A stretch of 64,000 nt of DNA from the NCBI RefSeq assembly GCF_009914755.1, contig NC_060939.1; one strand, given 5' to 3'. A program made the position numbers and the translations under genes. Positions 15,168 to 28,206 of the stretch are shown here, one piece after another (the stretch's first letter is position 1; the number at the start of each line of letters is the position of its first letter). Origin of the DNA: the human T2T-CHM13v2.0 reference genome, Homo sapiens. The notes under the pieces were generated by a model. The model ran no database searches. It saw nothing but the letters and a program-made list of their open reading frames with translations, and was not told where the DNA came from.

Positions 15168-17174
15168 AAGATAAATTATACATTTTATAGTTCCCCTGAG
15201 GATCATTGTCCTAAAGCAGGAAGTATTTGCAGTAATAATGCTGCATTGACTTCCTCCTTTCATTTGTGTTATTAAAATTTTACTATAATTTTTCTCTATT
15301 CATTCCTCTTTATATTGAAAAAATAGAGGCATTAAGATGAAAATAAATTTACTCACACCTACCCTGAAATTCCCAACAGATCATTATTAGAATTTGAGAT
15401 ATAATAATCTGCTAAAGTACATTTTAACTAATTGTTTATTGAGTACTCTGCAGAGGCTCTGGCTTTGACGGGAACATGTTGAGAAAAATAAATAAGACAT
15501 GGAGACGTGTCCATTACAAATATGAAGTAAATGGCAAGCATATGGATGCAGCTAGCTTCAAGTTAGCAAATAAATATTTTTGTCATGTTTCAGTGTTGGC
15601 TCAGTGGAATGGTATCTGGTCAACATCTTGCTGGGTCTGGAAAAACAGATTATTTGTCCTTTATCTCCTCTTATTTCCAGAGTTGATGGAAAATGAGGAT
15701 TTTCCATCAACTTATAAACTGAAATACCTTATAAAGGTATTTCAGTTTATATTTCAGGTGGTGTCTATTCAACAGTTTGGAGACAGAACTCAAAATTTTA
15801 TCACATTATGAAAACAATTTTTATGAATTCAAAGCAGAGTATAATTTGGCTGATACATGAGATTCATGTCATTCCAGATGAAGCCTCCAGGCAACTAGCA
15901 ATTTTTGTAGCCAGTCCCTACTTACATTCTTCAGAGTGAAAGCAGCCTTGGGGAGAAAGCTTCTAGGTTGACTGGGATTGGTAGACATCTAGCCGTGTAA
16001 TTTTTTTCTAAACTATCATCTCCTTTGCCACTTTTGTATGTTTTCCATAATTGCTAATTCTGCCTCTCATGTTAAACTTAAATTGGTAGAGTGCTGTTTT
16101 TGTTAGTGCTTAATTCAGAGTTCTTTCCCATTGACAGACCTAGACGTATTGGTTCCCATGATCCCTTAGAGAATTATTAGGGACTGATTTCCTATTCTCA
16201 AGCACTAAAAACTCACTCTCCAAGCTTCAGAATGTAAGAGGTAGATTAGAACATTTGATTTTATAGGTTATGTTTTTTACTTAAATTTATTAGTTTTTAA
16301 TTTCAAAACTAGGGAATCTTTTCATTGAAGGGCAAGAATGCATTGGGTATATTAATCTTTAGTCTTCTTTTTTAAATTTGATAATGTAATATGGACTAAA
16401 TTTTAAGTGAATTAGATCCTTGTCAACATTGGGAATGAATATATAGAAACAAATGGTATAACTATTCCTAGAGTTACTATTTATTTACAGATATATTATT
16501 TATTAATTGAGGAGGTAATTTGTGCCAGACCCAGTGTATCTCAGATGCACAGGATGGAATGGTGGTACACAAAGCTTGTTTTTTGCTTTGGGAATTTTTC
16601 CTTATGGTGACCTTCTTCGATCTTCAATGCTATGTTGCTTCTCTTCTAGGAACCCAAAGGCACAGATTGACGTTATAAGTCCTGATTTTTGACTTGACTT
16701 CTCATCACCTGGAAGTGAATAAAGCAGTAGACTTCTCTAACATTTTGTAACACAGCATGAAAAAATATAGAGTACAAAAGATATATATATATAATATGAT
16801 AAAATGATGAGTTACGTTTCTAAATCTTTTATCATCTTACTGTCATTTCTCTATATTTGGTCTAGCCAGACTTCTATTCATTTTGTCACTTATCTTTCAT
16901 CAAACTAGGGCTGATGTTCTTGGGAAAGGGACCACTGATTTGATATGCTCTTCAAACACCAGCACACTGTACTATATAGAAAGATATTTACTGAAAATAC
17001 TGAAGCTAGTAATACAAAGGAAAAAGGCATAAAAATAGTGTGATAACTAATTGCTTACTTAAGAATATTATCTGAAATTAGAAACTAATATCAATGAAGA
17101 AAAGGGGAACTTTTGGCAAACTCTAGTAAGTAATAACTGAGCCTGATACATGGAGGCCATAATTGGAATAAGGA

Positions 17175-17386
17175 CTGAGAGCAATTTCACCCCTTGGAGG
17201 ACATTTGGAAGTGCCCAGAGACATTTTTGGTGGTCACAACTGAGGACATATATTGGCATCTTGTACTGTTTAGACATCTTACAATGCACAGGACAGCCCC
17301 CAGCCCCTGACTCCCACATGGATTATCTGGCCCAAAATGTCAATAGTGCCAAGAATAAAGAACTCCATCAGGTTGAGAAACTCTGA
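17175..17386. mobile_element. MER20 hAT DNA transposon
   Basis: 'gagacatttttggtggtcacaactg', 'atcttacaatgcacaggacagcccc', 'tatctggcccaaaatgtcaatagtgccaag' and 'ggttgagaaactctg'. Confidence 0.85.
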
Positions 17387-18276
17387 CTTAAATAATGGGC
17401 AGGGATAAGGCAGGTTAGTGTAGAAGAAATAGGTGTTAACCTCATATGCAATCTTGTCTCATTGAATATTGTTTCCAAATAGCTCAGGATCCTCAGCAGT
17501 CAAATACAAAATATGCTTCAGGACTCCTTTTCCCTATATAACTCCTACATTTTCTTTCAGTTACTTTTAAATGTCTTTTAATCTCTTTTTTTTTCTTTCA
17601 GTCTCTCCTACTCCTCTTTCTTTCAAAACTGCTGCTGAGCTACTATGTTTAAAATCAGCAATATCTCGGTTGAGTATATTATCTTTAGCTCAGTATTGTG
17701 ATTATACTTTCAATTATACACTGACTTGTGTGAAACTTTAGAACCCAAGTCCCATTCATCTTTTGGCTTTTTGCTAATCTCAATATTAACCAGAATTTTA
17801 TTATTATATCTGGTTAAAAGAGAGCTTTATTGCTCAAACAAAATTAAAGTTCTTCTGTTTTTTTAATTACTAAAATAATATATATTCATTAAAAGTTAAA
17901 AACATATGAATATATAAAGAACAAAACAAGTATCACTGGCAATCTCTTTTCTCAGGGATTTTCTTCAACAAAGTTTATAAAGTCTCACCCCTCCAACTCC
18001 ATTGGAAGCAGACCAGTTGGCCTATCATGCATTGTTCCAAAATATAATTACCATTAAATAGAGGTCCAGGTGAAGACAAGCTACAACATGCTTACATAAA
18101 TAAGTATAACCCTCAGATTTTATATCCCACAAAACTGGCATTTAAATAAACAGGCCACAAAGTTTTAAATATGCAACAAAAATCTGTGAATGTTGTTTTT
18201 AAGACCTCTTTGATGAAATTATCAGAGAACAAATTACAGTCAAACATGTGACTAGGACAAAAGGCTGGGTTTCTGA

Positions 18277-18451
18277 CACACACACACACATATATATATA
18301 CATATATATATACACACACATATATGTATATATATATACACACACATATATGTATATATATATACACACACATATATATGTATATATATATACACACATA
18401 TATATATGTATATATATATATACACACATATATATATGTATATATATATAT

Positions 18452-18496
<45 letters not shown>
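18277..18496. repeat. Compound (TA)n/(CA)n microsatellite, ~220 bp
   Basis: Read directly. It is the source of the spurious YIYI ORFs. Confidence 0.97.
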
Positions 18497-18499
<3 letters not shown>

Positions 18500-19035
18500 T
18501 AGTCCTCTTTTATCCATAGGAGATATGTTCCAAGACACCTGTGGATGCCTGAAACCATGGATAGTACCAAATCCTATATATACCATGTTTTTCTTATACA
18601 TATATGCCTATGATAAAGTTTAATTCATAAATTAGGCACAGTAACAGATTTATAACAACCAATAATAGAATAGAACAATTACAACAATATGCCAACACTA
18701 CTCTTGCACTTTGGGGCCATTATTAAATAGAATAAGGATTACTTGAACACAAGCACTGTGATGCTGTGTCTAACTGATAACCAAGGTGGCTACTAAGTGA
18801 TAACGTGCAGGTGGCATGTATAACATGGATACACTGGACAAAGGGATGACTCATGTCCCTGGAAGGATGGAGAAGGACAGCTTGAGATTTCATCCTGCTA
18901 CTTAGAATGGGGCATAATTTAAAGCTTATGAATTGTTTGCTGCTGGAATGTTCCATTTAACATTTTTTGGACTGAAGTTGACCATGGACAACAGAAACTA
19001 CAGAAAGCAACACTGTGGGTAAGAGGGGGCTACTG
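18497..19035. mobile_element. MER44 (Tigger7-derived) MITE, MER44B-sized
   Basis: TIRs cagtagtcctcttttatcc / gggtaagagggggctactg, followed by TA. Confidence 0.85.
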
Positions 19036-19139
19036 TATTTAATCTAGTATTAGGCTTATTAAACTATAAAGACAACTAAGCAGACGTTGAAAACAGAGAT
19101 CGTCTTCAAGGGAAAGGCAGTCAGGATAATATCTCACTG

Positions 19140-19478
19140 GTTTCCTTCCTTCCTTCTTTCCTTTTTTTTTCCTTTTCTTTCTTTCTTTCTTTTTTTTTTT
19201 TAGCAGAGTCTCACTCTGTATCCCAGGCTCCAGGGCAGTGGCTCGATCTCGGTTCATTAAAGTCTTCGCCTCCCGGGTTCAAGCAGTTCTCCTGCTTCAG
19301 CTTCTTGAGTAGCTGGGATTACAGGTCCATGCCACCATGCTCGAGTAATTTTTGTATATTTAGTACAGAAGGGGTTTTGCTATGTTGGCCAGGATGGTCT
19401 TGAACTCCTGGCCTCAAATGATCCACCTGCCTCGGCCTCCCAAAGTGCTGGGACAGGCATGAGCCACGGGACCCGGCT
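19140..19478 (-). mobile_element. Alu (older S/J type) with a CT-rich tail
   Basis: Antisense Alu dimer running from 'gagtctcactctgt' to 'gcctcggcctcccaaagtgctggga...ccggc'. Confidence 0.92.
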
Positions 19479-19549
19479 GATCTCTTTTCCTTAACAACAA
19501 AAAAGTAAACCAGTGAAGAGTTATATTATGACAAGAGAAAAGAGTTTTT

Positions 19550-19961
19550 ATCTCAGTGAAAATATAATCAAATAAGAGCATCTTCAGAGCTGGATTATAC
19601 TCCTAAATGTAGTAACTAGAAATATAAAGTATCTAGAAGAAAACACAGAATAATATATTTGCTTACACAATTGGAATAAGCAATGATATCTTAAGCAGCA
19701 CAAAAGCAGGTGTAATAATAAAAAGTGATCAAATGAACCTCAAAAAATTAAAAATTACTGCTCGTCAAGATACACTATCATCAAATTATTAAGGAAATCA
19801 TACACTGGGAGGAAAATTTGGTCTCTCTTAATCTCCCTGTTTCTCTCTGTCTTCAAGTAAAGAAAAATCAGCAAAAAATTTGAACAGACACTCCAGAAAA
19901 GAAGATACAGAAGTGATCAGCAAGTTCACGAAAAGATGCACGTCATTACTCAGCAGGGAAT
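19550..19961 (+). mobile_element. Old L1M ORF2 3' fragment
   Basis: 'tttgaacagacactccagaaaagaagatac...aaaagatgcacgtcatt'. Confidence 0.65.
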
Positions 19962-20475
19962 GGTCCACAACACACGATCAAGTGTTCAGGCAGAGCGCTC
20001 TCCCACTACTCTGAGGAACAGAACAAAATGGCAGAGAAGGAAAAGAGGAAGGGGTTTATCAAGTGCCCCAGGAACATATAACATACTGGAGACTAGACAC
20101 GTCCATAAAAATGACTCAGTTTCCCCATTGCTTGTTAGTGCTGCCTGGTCAGTGGGCCAGATTCATCCATGGCACTAGGAAGGCAGTCAGTTCTCATCCC
20201 CTTCGGACGAATCTTTCTAGAAACTGATATAGCCAATTACCAATACATCCTCACCCTCACGTGCTCTCTCCTGGACTCCGGATGCTCTACCAACATGAAG
20301 AAATATATTGAGTGCCTCCAGGTGCTCAGTCCCAGGCACTTGACACTCTAGACTATGCAGCAGCGCTGGGAGGACTCAGCTTTCCGAGCTCCACAATTTT
20401 ATGTTGGGAGCCTGTGGCAACTACTGACAAAAACAATGTAGCTGCCATCAAGATGTAGTTCTTGTCTGCTGCACT

Positions 20476-20987
20476 GTTTTAAAGGTGCCCGGTATTTATT
20501 TTAATCAGGAATGGTAAGACACACTGTCATGGAAATGACTGTCATGAAGGAAGAAGTTTTTAGACTCACAAATCCCTAGAAATAAGAGGTTGGTTAGGTG
20601 AGTGGGGAAATGAGAAAAATGTGGGTAAGAGCCTTTATCATGGTTTCTGTGGAAATAGATGGATGGGGCAGGATAAACAGGTTTAGGATTGGCTAGATTG
20701 AATAATTCCAGTGGGCTCTGGAGGATAGGGGCTGTCTCTAAGTGTCTGGCACTTGGCCCTGGGGTGATTAGGGAAGGCAAATAGTGGCCTGGAGTGTAAT
20801 AGCGCTATAGGTGCCTGATAAAAGAAGCGGCTGGAGTATGGTTTCTAGATTGGTTGCAAGTGAGGCTTTTACCATCTCTAGGAATTGGCTAGCCATAAGA
20901 GGGATAGTTCCTCCAGTGTTAGGAAGGCACAAGACATTAAAGCATTAGAAATGCAGAAAATATAATGGCATAAGTAAAACACAACAC
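20476..20987 (-). mobile_element. ERVL-type LTR, MER74/MER73/MER54-like
   Basis: Antisense 'tctctaggaattggctagcc' and 'atggaaatgactgtcatgaaggaagaagttt...tcacaaatccctagaaa', with TG/CA ends. Confidence 0.65.
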
Positions 20988-21660
20988 CAAATGTTGGTGA
21001 ATTAATTGTTGGAATAACTTGAACTCTCATACATTGATGTTGGGAATTTACAATGGCTAACCACTCTGAAAAACTTAATAGAAACTTCAGGTAATTTCAG
21101 GTAGATGTAAACAAACAGCTACCTTATGACCTGATAATCCCATTCGTGTTTAGCTAAGACATGTCTATGAAATGATTTAAATTCGCATGCTAATGAAAAC
21201 CTTATTGGTGGCCTAAGATTTGAAACAACCCAAATGTCCATAAAAGGATAAAATGATAATAAACAAACTTAGGGTTAAGTATATAATGAAACATTAGTCC
21301 GCAGTAAAAAGAAACAACTACAGAAAATGCAACAATACGCATGAATCTCTAAATCGTAATGCTGAGTTTAAAAGCCAGATACAAAATAACACATGTCATA
21401 TGCTTCTGTTTTTATAAAATCCAAGAAAAGGTAAAACTAATCTATGCTATTAGGAATTAAAAGATGAAAGCTCATTATGATGTTAGATGGTGGGGGTGGA
21501 TGGCAAAGATCACAAGAAACCTTTCTGGAGTGACGGAAATATTCTTTATCTTGTTTAGAATACTAGTTTCTAAAGTGCATATATTTAACAGAAGTTACTA
21601 CGTTGAACACTTAAATGTGTGTATTTTAATGTATATACATTGTATTCTAAGAAATACAAC
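20988..21660 (+). mobile_element. Old L1M (L1ME-like) ORF2 end and 3'UTR
   Basis: 'gaactctcatacattgatgttgggaat', 'gaaacaacccaaatgtcca' and 'aaaggtaaaactaatctatg'. Confidence 0.75.
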
Positions 21661-21884
21661 CAAGAATTTATTTTCATGCTTGCTTGTAAATACAGATAAA
21701 TTTCTTGAAGGATACAAAAATTAATATTAGCTTCCAATTTTGAGGTATGGGGTGAAATGGACATATAGGGGACAGATATAAGAAGGAAATTTCTCACTGT
21801 ATGAATTATTTTTTATTTAAAAATGTAAATATATTACCTATTCAAAAATTAAATACATTTTTAAAGTCAAGTATATTTAAAGTA

Positions 21885-22660
21885 CACTGCCTAATTTCCA
21901 ACCTTATGGTAATGCCATTAAAAATTCTGAGTTATTCTTGCTTCCATACCTCTCATATGCAGTCCTTCAATAAGTCCCATTGATTATCTCTCCAAAGTTT
22001 ATCTTTGGTATAAATTCTTCTGTCTTCTTTTTTACCTCTTATCCTAACCTACCAACATCTCTTATTTATATTAATAGTTCTTCAAATGCTCCCTACTGTT
22101 CCCCTTGCCTCCACTTCTTGCATTTTATAGCCCGTTTTTCACTTAGTACCTGGCACAACATTTTAAACATGTAAATCAGGTAGGAACACTCCTCTGCCTG
22201 TTACATCTCACACATAGTATGTTGACCGATTGCCATTTGGCCCATATTGGCTCTACCTCTCTATCTTCCCTTACAATTTTTTCCATTTGCTCACTACTGT
22301 CTTGCCACACTAGCCTCCTTTCTGCTTCTCAATGCACCAGTCTCTCCCTTAATGAGCTTTCAACAAGTCTATCTTCAGATCTTCCCAGAGACGGTGTAGT
22401 TCTGTCATTCAGATCTTAGTTGAAATGTTGCCACCTTGTCAGAAAGGCCCTCCCTGGCCAGCTCACTTGGAATAGTAGTCTCTTCCGCTTTCTCTTATAT
22501 TTTTATCATAGTGCTCATTACAATCAGTTGTTTTCTCTCTGGTATGTTTGTTTGTTGTCTGTTTCCATGCTTTAGGATGTAAAATCCCCAGGAACAGGGA
22601 TATTTTCTGTCTTGTTCGGTGCTGCATTGCAGACACTACAATACAGCCTGGTACATGGTT
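21885..22660 (+). mobile_element. L2 relic
   Basis: CT-rich body ending in the L2 3' end 'gtaaaatccccaggaacagggatattttctgtcttgttc...cctggtacat'. Confidence 0.7.
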
Positions 22661-24774
22661 TTAGTTTCTAAGATAGTCTAGGGAGACAAATCTTTCCTAG
22701 CAGGAATAACAAGCCTTCATTCTAAGGATTAATTTAGATCATTAGACTATCTTCACTTTAAGTATTGTGGAAAACATTAGGAAGCAAAGTCCCTAACTAT
22801 GTCTACAATTATGAAAAAATCATATTTTAAAAAATCTTTGGTAGCAAGAAAGACTATAATATACTCAAAAATGGGAATGTTTTTCCATGTGTTTCTTTAC
22901 TTATATCACTTCTTTTCTGTTTCTTTTAAGAAAGTAAACACTGCACTTTTTAGTTTATTTGGTGTATATAGTTTTACAAAATATGCATTTTTGTGCCTGG
23001 CTTTTTATTTCCTATTATTCCATTACTGTCTTTGCATTTGTTCCTGTTCTTGCATTTCTCCCCCCCGGTTTTTTTACCTTTATGATTTTGTGTATCTCTT
23101 TCTCCCTTTTTCTCTTTTCCCCATGTTCCATTTTTCCCACTTATTATTTTCTGAATTGGACATAAATTAGAACAAAATATTATTGATTATGCATTATATT
23201 TGTTGAAAAACTGTTTATTAATTTTTAAAATAAAAAATCTTTTTAAAATAAAAATAAATCTACTGAAATTTAATTATATTGTGTTCTACTATGTGATTCT
23301 TAATTACTTTTCTTCTGTCTAGTAATATTTACTTAAAAAAATAGTTGTCTTTGCTTTAGTGGAACATAGGAGACACTTATTCCTAAAATGAAAACAACAA
23401 AGGCCAAGACCACAATAGGGTGTATTTAAGAATACATCTCTTTGTGAGGAATTAGTCCTTCAATATGCAGTTCTCGTCTCCAAGAAGGATTATGTCAAAG
23501 AGTCTTTGTGAACATCATTTATTTTTCTTTGCCTATTTCTTTGTCATCAGAAATATGTTGAATTTACCATACTACCTACCTGACCACATTACTTCTTTTC
23601 TTGATCTATCAATGATTTCCTATTATACACTTTTTTAAAAAAAATAGTAACGTAAGAAATAAAATAACCTCTTTTGGCTTTCTGCCCACATGGACCTAGT
23701 AAACATGCTGACTATTCTGTAATATGTGTCACTGATAGAATGTTGATTTTAAAACTTAGAAGTGACATAGTGACTTTTAAATCATATATACTTCACTATT
23801 TATATATAACATGTTTCTAGTCTCATTCTTTGACTATATTTTGTTGGCATTTTAACAATTCCCTTTGAAAGTGTTTGCAGCTTTGTTAGCCTTCAAATTC
23901 CCAAAGTACATTCTCCATTGCATCACAAATTGGTTGCATAAGAGATTCCTCTGTGAGAAGAGATATTTAACAATGAAGTCAGGAAAAATTAGTTATTGTT
24001 CCTTCTATTAGAAGGAGGTGATATCTGCTGTTTGACAGGAGCATTAGATTACTAGAGAGGTAAATGTTTTTCCATTCTCCATATTTATAAGGAACATAAG
24101 GAAGAAATGGAAACATATTGTAACACCTCAGGTGGGACATCTGCTGCCTTGAAATGCAAAGATCAGAATTATAGTGATTATATAGGTTATGGGTTTCAAA
24201 CTAGAAATAGATTAATATGTTTAATCTGAATTCAGTAATACAGTAGCACCTTTTACCTGGTCTTAATAATATAGCCCCAGTTTCTCCTAATATTTAGAAT
24301 TAATTTATTGGGAATATATAAAGCCTTTATTAACATTGCCTTGGGAATGTTTATACTTGGTCCTAAACCTATAGCTATTAACTGAAAGACGTGAGGGAAC
24401 AGAAGTCATATCCAATGCAGAAATGCTAGGCTGCAGAAGAAATCTTCACCAACTTCACGATTTTGCAGGAGACTAGCTCTGTCTAGTTCCCACACCTGCT
24501 GGGATGAGAGGTTCTTTTACAAAGAGTCTTACCATATACCAATCTGGGGCTTTGACAGCTGGCTGAAATGAAGCCTTCATAAATTCTTTTCTAGTAATTT
24601 CTTACATTAACATAGCTACCTTTACCCCAGCAACTCATTTCAAAGGCAGGGACAGAGGATCTATATTATATATTTACTTCTTAGAAACTAAAGCCCCTCT
24701 TAATATCTACATTTTTTCCTTGTTTAGTTTTGGTTTAGTCAGACTTCAATATGCTACTTATTGCTATCATTCTC

Positions 24775-24930
24775 ATATTATATTCATAAATCAACACAGT
24801 GAGATAAAATAACTCAGGCTAAGGAAGATGACCTTCCCAAGATCTCACGGTTAAAAAAATTGCACAATGAAGAACTTAAACCCAGATAGATGCCCAAACG
24901 AGGGCTTTTTAAATGACATCCATTACTTTG
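24775..24930 (-). mobile_element. MIR relic (paralogous position to 54575-54770)
   Basis: 'aactcaggctaaggaagatgaccttcccaagatctcac...gaacttaaacccag'. Confidence 0.5.
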
Positions 24931-26654
24931 CCTAGAAATCATGGCATTATAAACATTGGTATCAGTTAATGATTTGATGATACTCTAACTTTATCCACAT
25001 TTCTCAGAACACACAAAAAATTAGTGATTATATAGGTTATGGGTTACAAACTAGATAGCACATATTAATAGACATCACATTCTTATTCTTATTTTGGGAA
25101 CATTTCTAAAATGTGTTTTTGCTGGTAGGGTGGATTAATGAGAAATTTCTTTCAAGCAGAAAGGTGAATAGTGCCACTTTTATTAAGATCAGTTATAAAC
25201 AGACAAAATATTTGAGGTAATGGGAAATAATTTAAAAGTATTTACACAGTATATTTTAAGTAGGATACTATTCAAGGAAAGTAATTTAGTACTGAAAGAT
25301 GGGTTAGGTATTTTTAACCCTTACAAAAATTGGAGTGAAGAAACTTCATGTGCTGTCCTTACTACTGTTTCAAAAGAAAACAATAGTGATGCTTCTCAGA
25401 ATTAATGGGAAGGCAAACATGAGATCTAATAAAGGAGAAATGAATAGAGAAGAAGAGAGAGTGGAAAAATATTGGAAACTGCAAGAACATTGAGAAGTAA
25501 AAACAACAAAGGAGAAAAAATAGAAGAGATAAGAGAAAAGCAAGGGGAATCATTAGAGAACAAATACGAGAGAGAAAGAGAAGATAAAATAGAGAAAGAG
25601 AAACCAACTTAAGTAAAAGTATAACTTAAAAAATGAAGTGTAGAAATATTTAGCGAGATGGGAGGGGAAGATAATAAAATAAATATTTTAAAAGGAGGCA
25701 TGAGGAAATATAAAGAAAAATGAGTGAATTAGTGCCTGTGGATGGGAATCAAATCTCCAAATACCTGCTCCATGAACTTTCTAACAAGAGCCTGGACTCT
25801 AAACGTGAACAGTGCATAGCGCAGCCTTTATCTGGAATGTGTGTGTGCCCCCACCCATCACTCTTTCCTCTTCTGTGCTGCTCCAGCATTGTCAGGAACA
25901 GATGAAATTTTGTTTCTGTTGAAATTGAAATATAGGATAGAGGGAGTGGCAGTCATTCAGATTTCTATTTCAGCTTCCACTGACAGTGATCCTTCTAACA
26001 TTGTTATGTTCTTCTAATATAGTTAGACAAGACCAAGCTTGTCTTTGCAGGAATTTCTGTGCTTTTATTTTGCTAGGACTTACTTCATTTTACCTAGAGG
26101 AATGTCCACCTTATGAATATATATATTTGGTTTCTGGATCCATAATGAGCATGATGTGAGCACTATCCATATAACAAAAGAGCTTAGAGGGAAGCACACA
26201 AAGGGAACACAGTGAATCAAAGATATTTGATGGTAGAGGGTTCCAGATGTTACAGAGTCAGTAGGAGAACAGAAGTGGATAACAGGGAATAAAATGCAAG
26301 GTACAGTGCAAGAACCTGAAACTCCCAATCTCAGAGATACTTGAAAGTTTCTCCTATGACCCAAATACATCCTCAATTTTTGAAAGAGTATGAAATAACC
26401 AACTGCATAATAACATGCAAGATGTACACAACTTAAGAGTAAGCAGAGAGGGATTCCCGACTTTTCTATTAGCAGGTTTTATATGCACAGAAAGACTGAT
26501 AAATATTAAGGTCAATAAATGGCCAAGTGCCAAAAAAAAAAAAAAAAGAAAAGAAGGGTATGATATGTAAAATTTTATGCTTCTGTTTTGGTTAGGATAC
26601 GTGTGTTTGCGTGTATTTATTTGTGTCTGTGTGATGTACATACATGTGATGTAA

Positions 26655-26972
<318 letters not shown>

Positions 26973-27565
26973 TGACCATACCTGAAAACCTCTGCTATTA
27001 ATTAATATATTAGGATTAGATATATTTTGAAAAGCATATCTTTTGATGTTTTAAATAGATGTGCCATTATAAATATTTTCTTTGATTTCTTAATTCGGGA
27101 CTTTATTGTTTTTGTTTCCCTCTCTTCTTACACACCGACTCCTCATTCAGTTAGTTAATGAACCTCTTTCCCTCTACGCTTCATAGTCCACATTATTTTA
27201 AAACAAATGTGCTGTGTAACAGAAGCATATGAAATATTTTTCTGTATCACATTGTAGTATTTTGTTCTAGCTCAAGATCTTTAGCTTTTAAATTTTTTTA
27301 TTTCAACCACAAACCATTTTTTGAACATGCACCAAAAACATACGTATCTTCTTTATGCATTTCATATCCAATTACATCATGATTCTATATAAATGTAAAA
27401 TGTTCAAAAATAAAACTTCAAACAATAGGATACAATAATGTAAGTGTAGAAATTCTCCTATTATTGCTTTCATACCAATAAATTATCATGCACATCCCCA
27501 AGCATGAGCACAGTCTCAATTTGGAAGCCACTGTACAGAGAAGCCTCAGATCTTGTTTTCTCCAG

Positions 27566-27637
27566 AGTGACTGAGAGCTTTTTATTTAGACCAGTTCATT
27601 TGGTTGATGTTCTATAGAGAAAAGGGAATTATTTCTG
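27566..27637 (+). other. Candidate 72-nt 5'UTR exon of OR4N4
   Basis: Strong acceptor tcttgttttctccAG (27551-27565) and donor CTG|GTAAGT (27638-27643), 560 nt upstream of the coding-exon acceptor. Confidence 0.5.
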
Positions 27638-28176
27638 GTAAGTACAGTTGCCTTTATAAAAGTTTTTAGATAAACATTCCTAAGGTAGCATTTATATAAA
27701 ATAAATTGTACTAATTGCTCTATAGTTCAATACTCAATAAATTTTGACAAAAATAGATACATATAACCATTATAATTAAAAACGGAACATTTCTGTCCCC
27801 TTGAAAAGTTCTGTCATTCTTCTTTGCTGTCAATCCCAGCTCATCTTCCATTCAAAGCAAAACATGAAGACCTCAATAACTGGGGTTAAGTTTTTTCTCA
27901 GTCAGAAAAATTTTCATATGCCTCATACAAATCAGGAACAAATTCAGAGCAGTAACATCCAAGTCTCACATGAGTGAACACTTAAACAGAAGCACAGGAC
28001 TGAAACAGAAGAAAGAGTGTGGCTTCAGGACCAGGGTGTTGGCTATCATGAAATGAGGAAGCATAAACAGTAGAAGTGATTTCTTAGGTTGTTGAGATAG
28101 ATAGAATAATATAAATGTGGCATACCTTGTGTTTAGTTCAAGAACTATAATCTAGATGTAACACCTGAAAATAAAC

Positions 28177-28197
28177 TCTTTTATTGATATTCTACAG
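28177..28197 (+). promoter_or_regulatory. Splice acceptor of the OR4N4 coding exon
   Basis: tcttttattgatattctacAG ends 9 nt before the ATG. The same 9-nt spacing occurs in the paralog (59237 vs 59247). Confidence 0.65.
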
Positions 28198-28206
28198 GCA
28201 GAAGAA

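Noticed and set aside
18113-18623. Cluster of overlapping Tyr/Ile/Cys-rich ORFs
   Set aside because: Translation artefacts of the TA/CA microsatellite. The same applies to 29572-29887.
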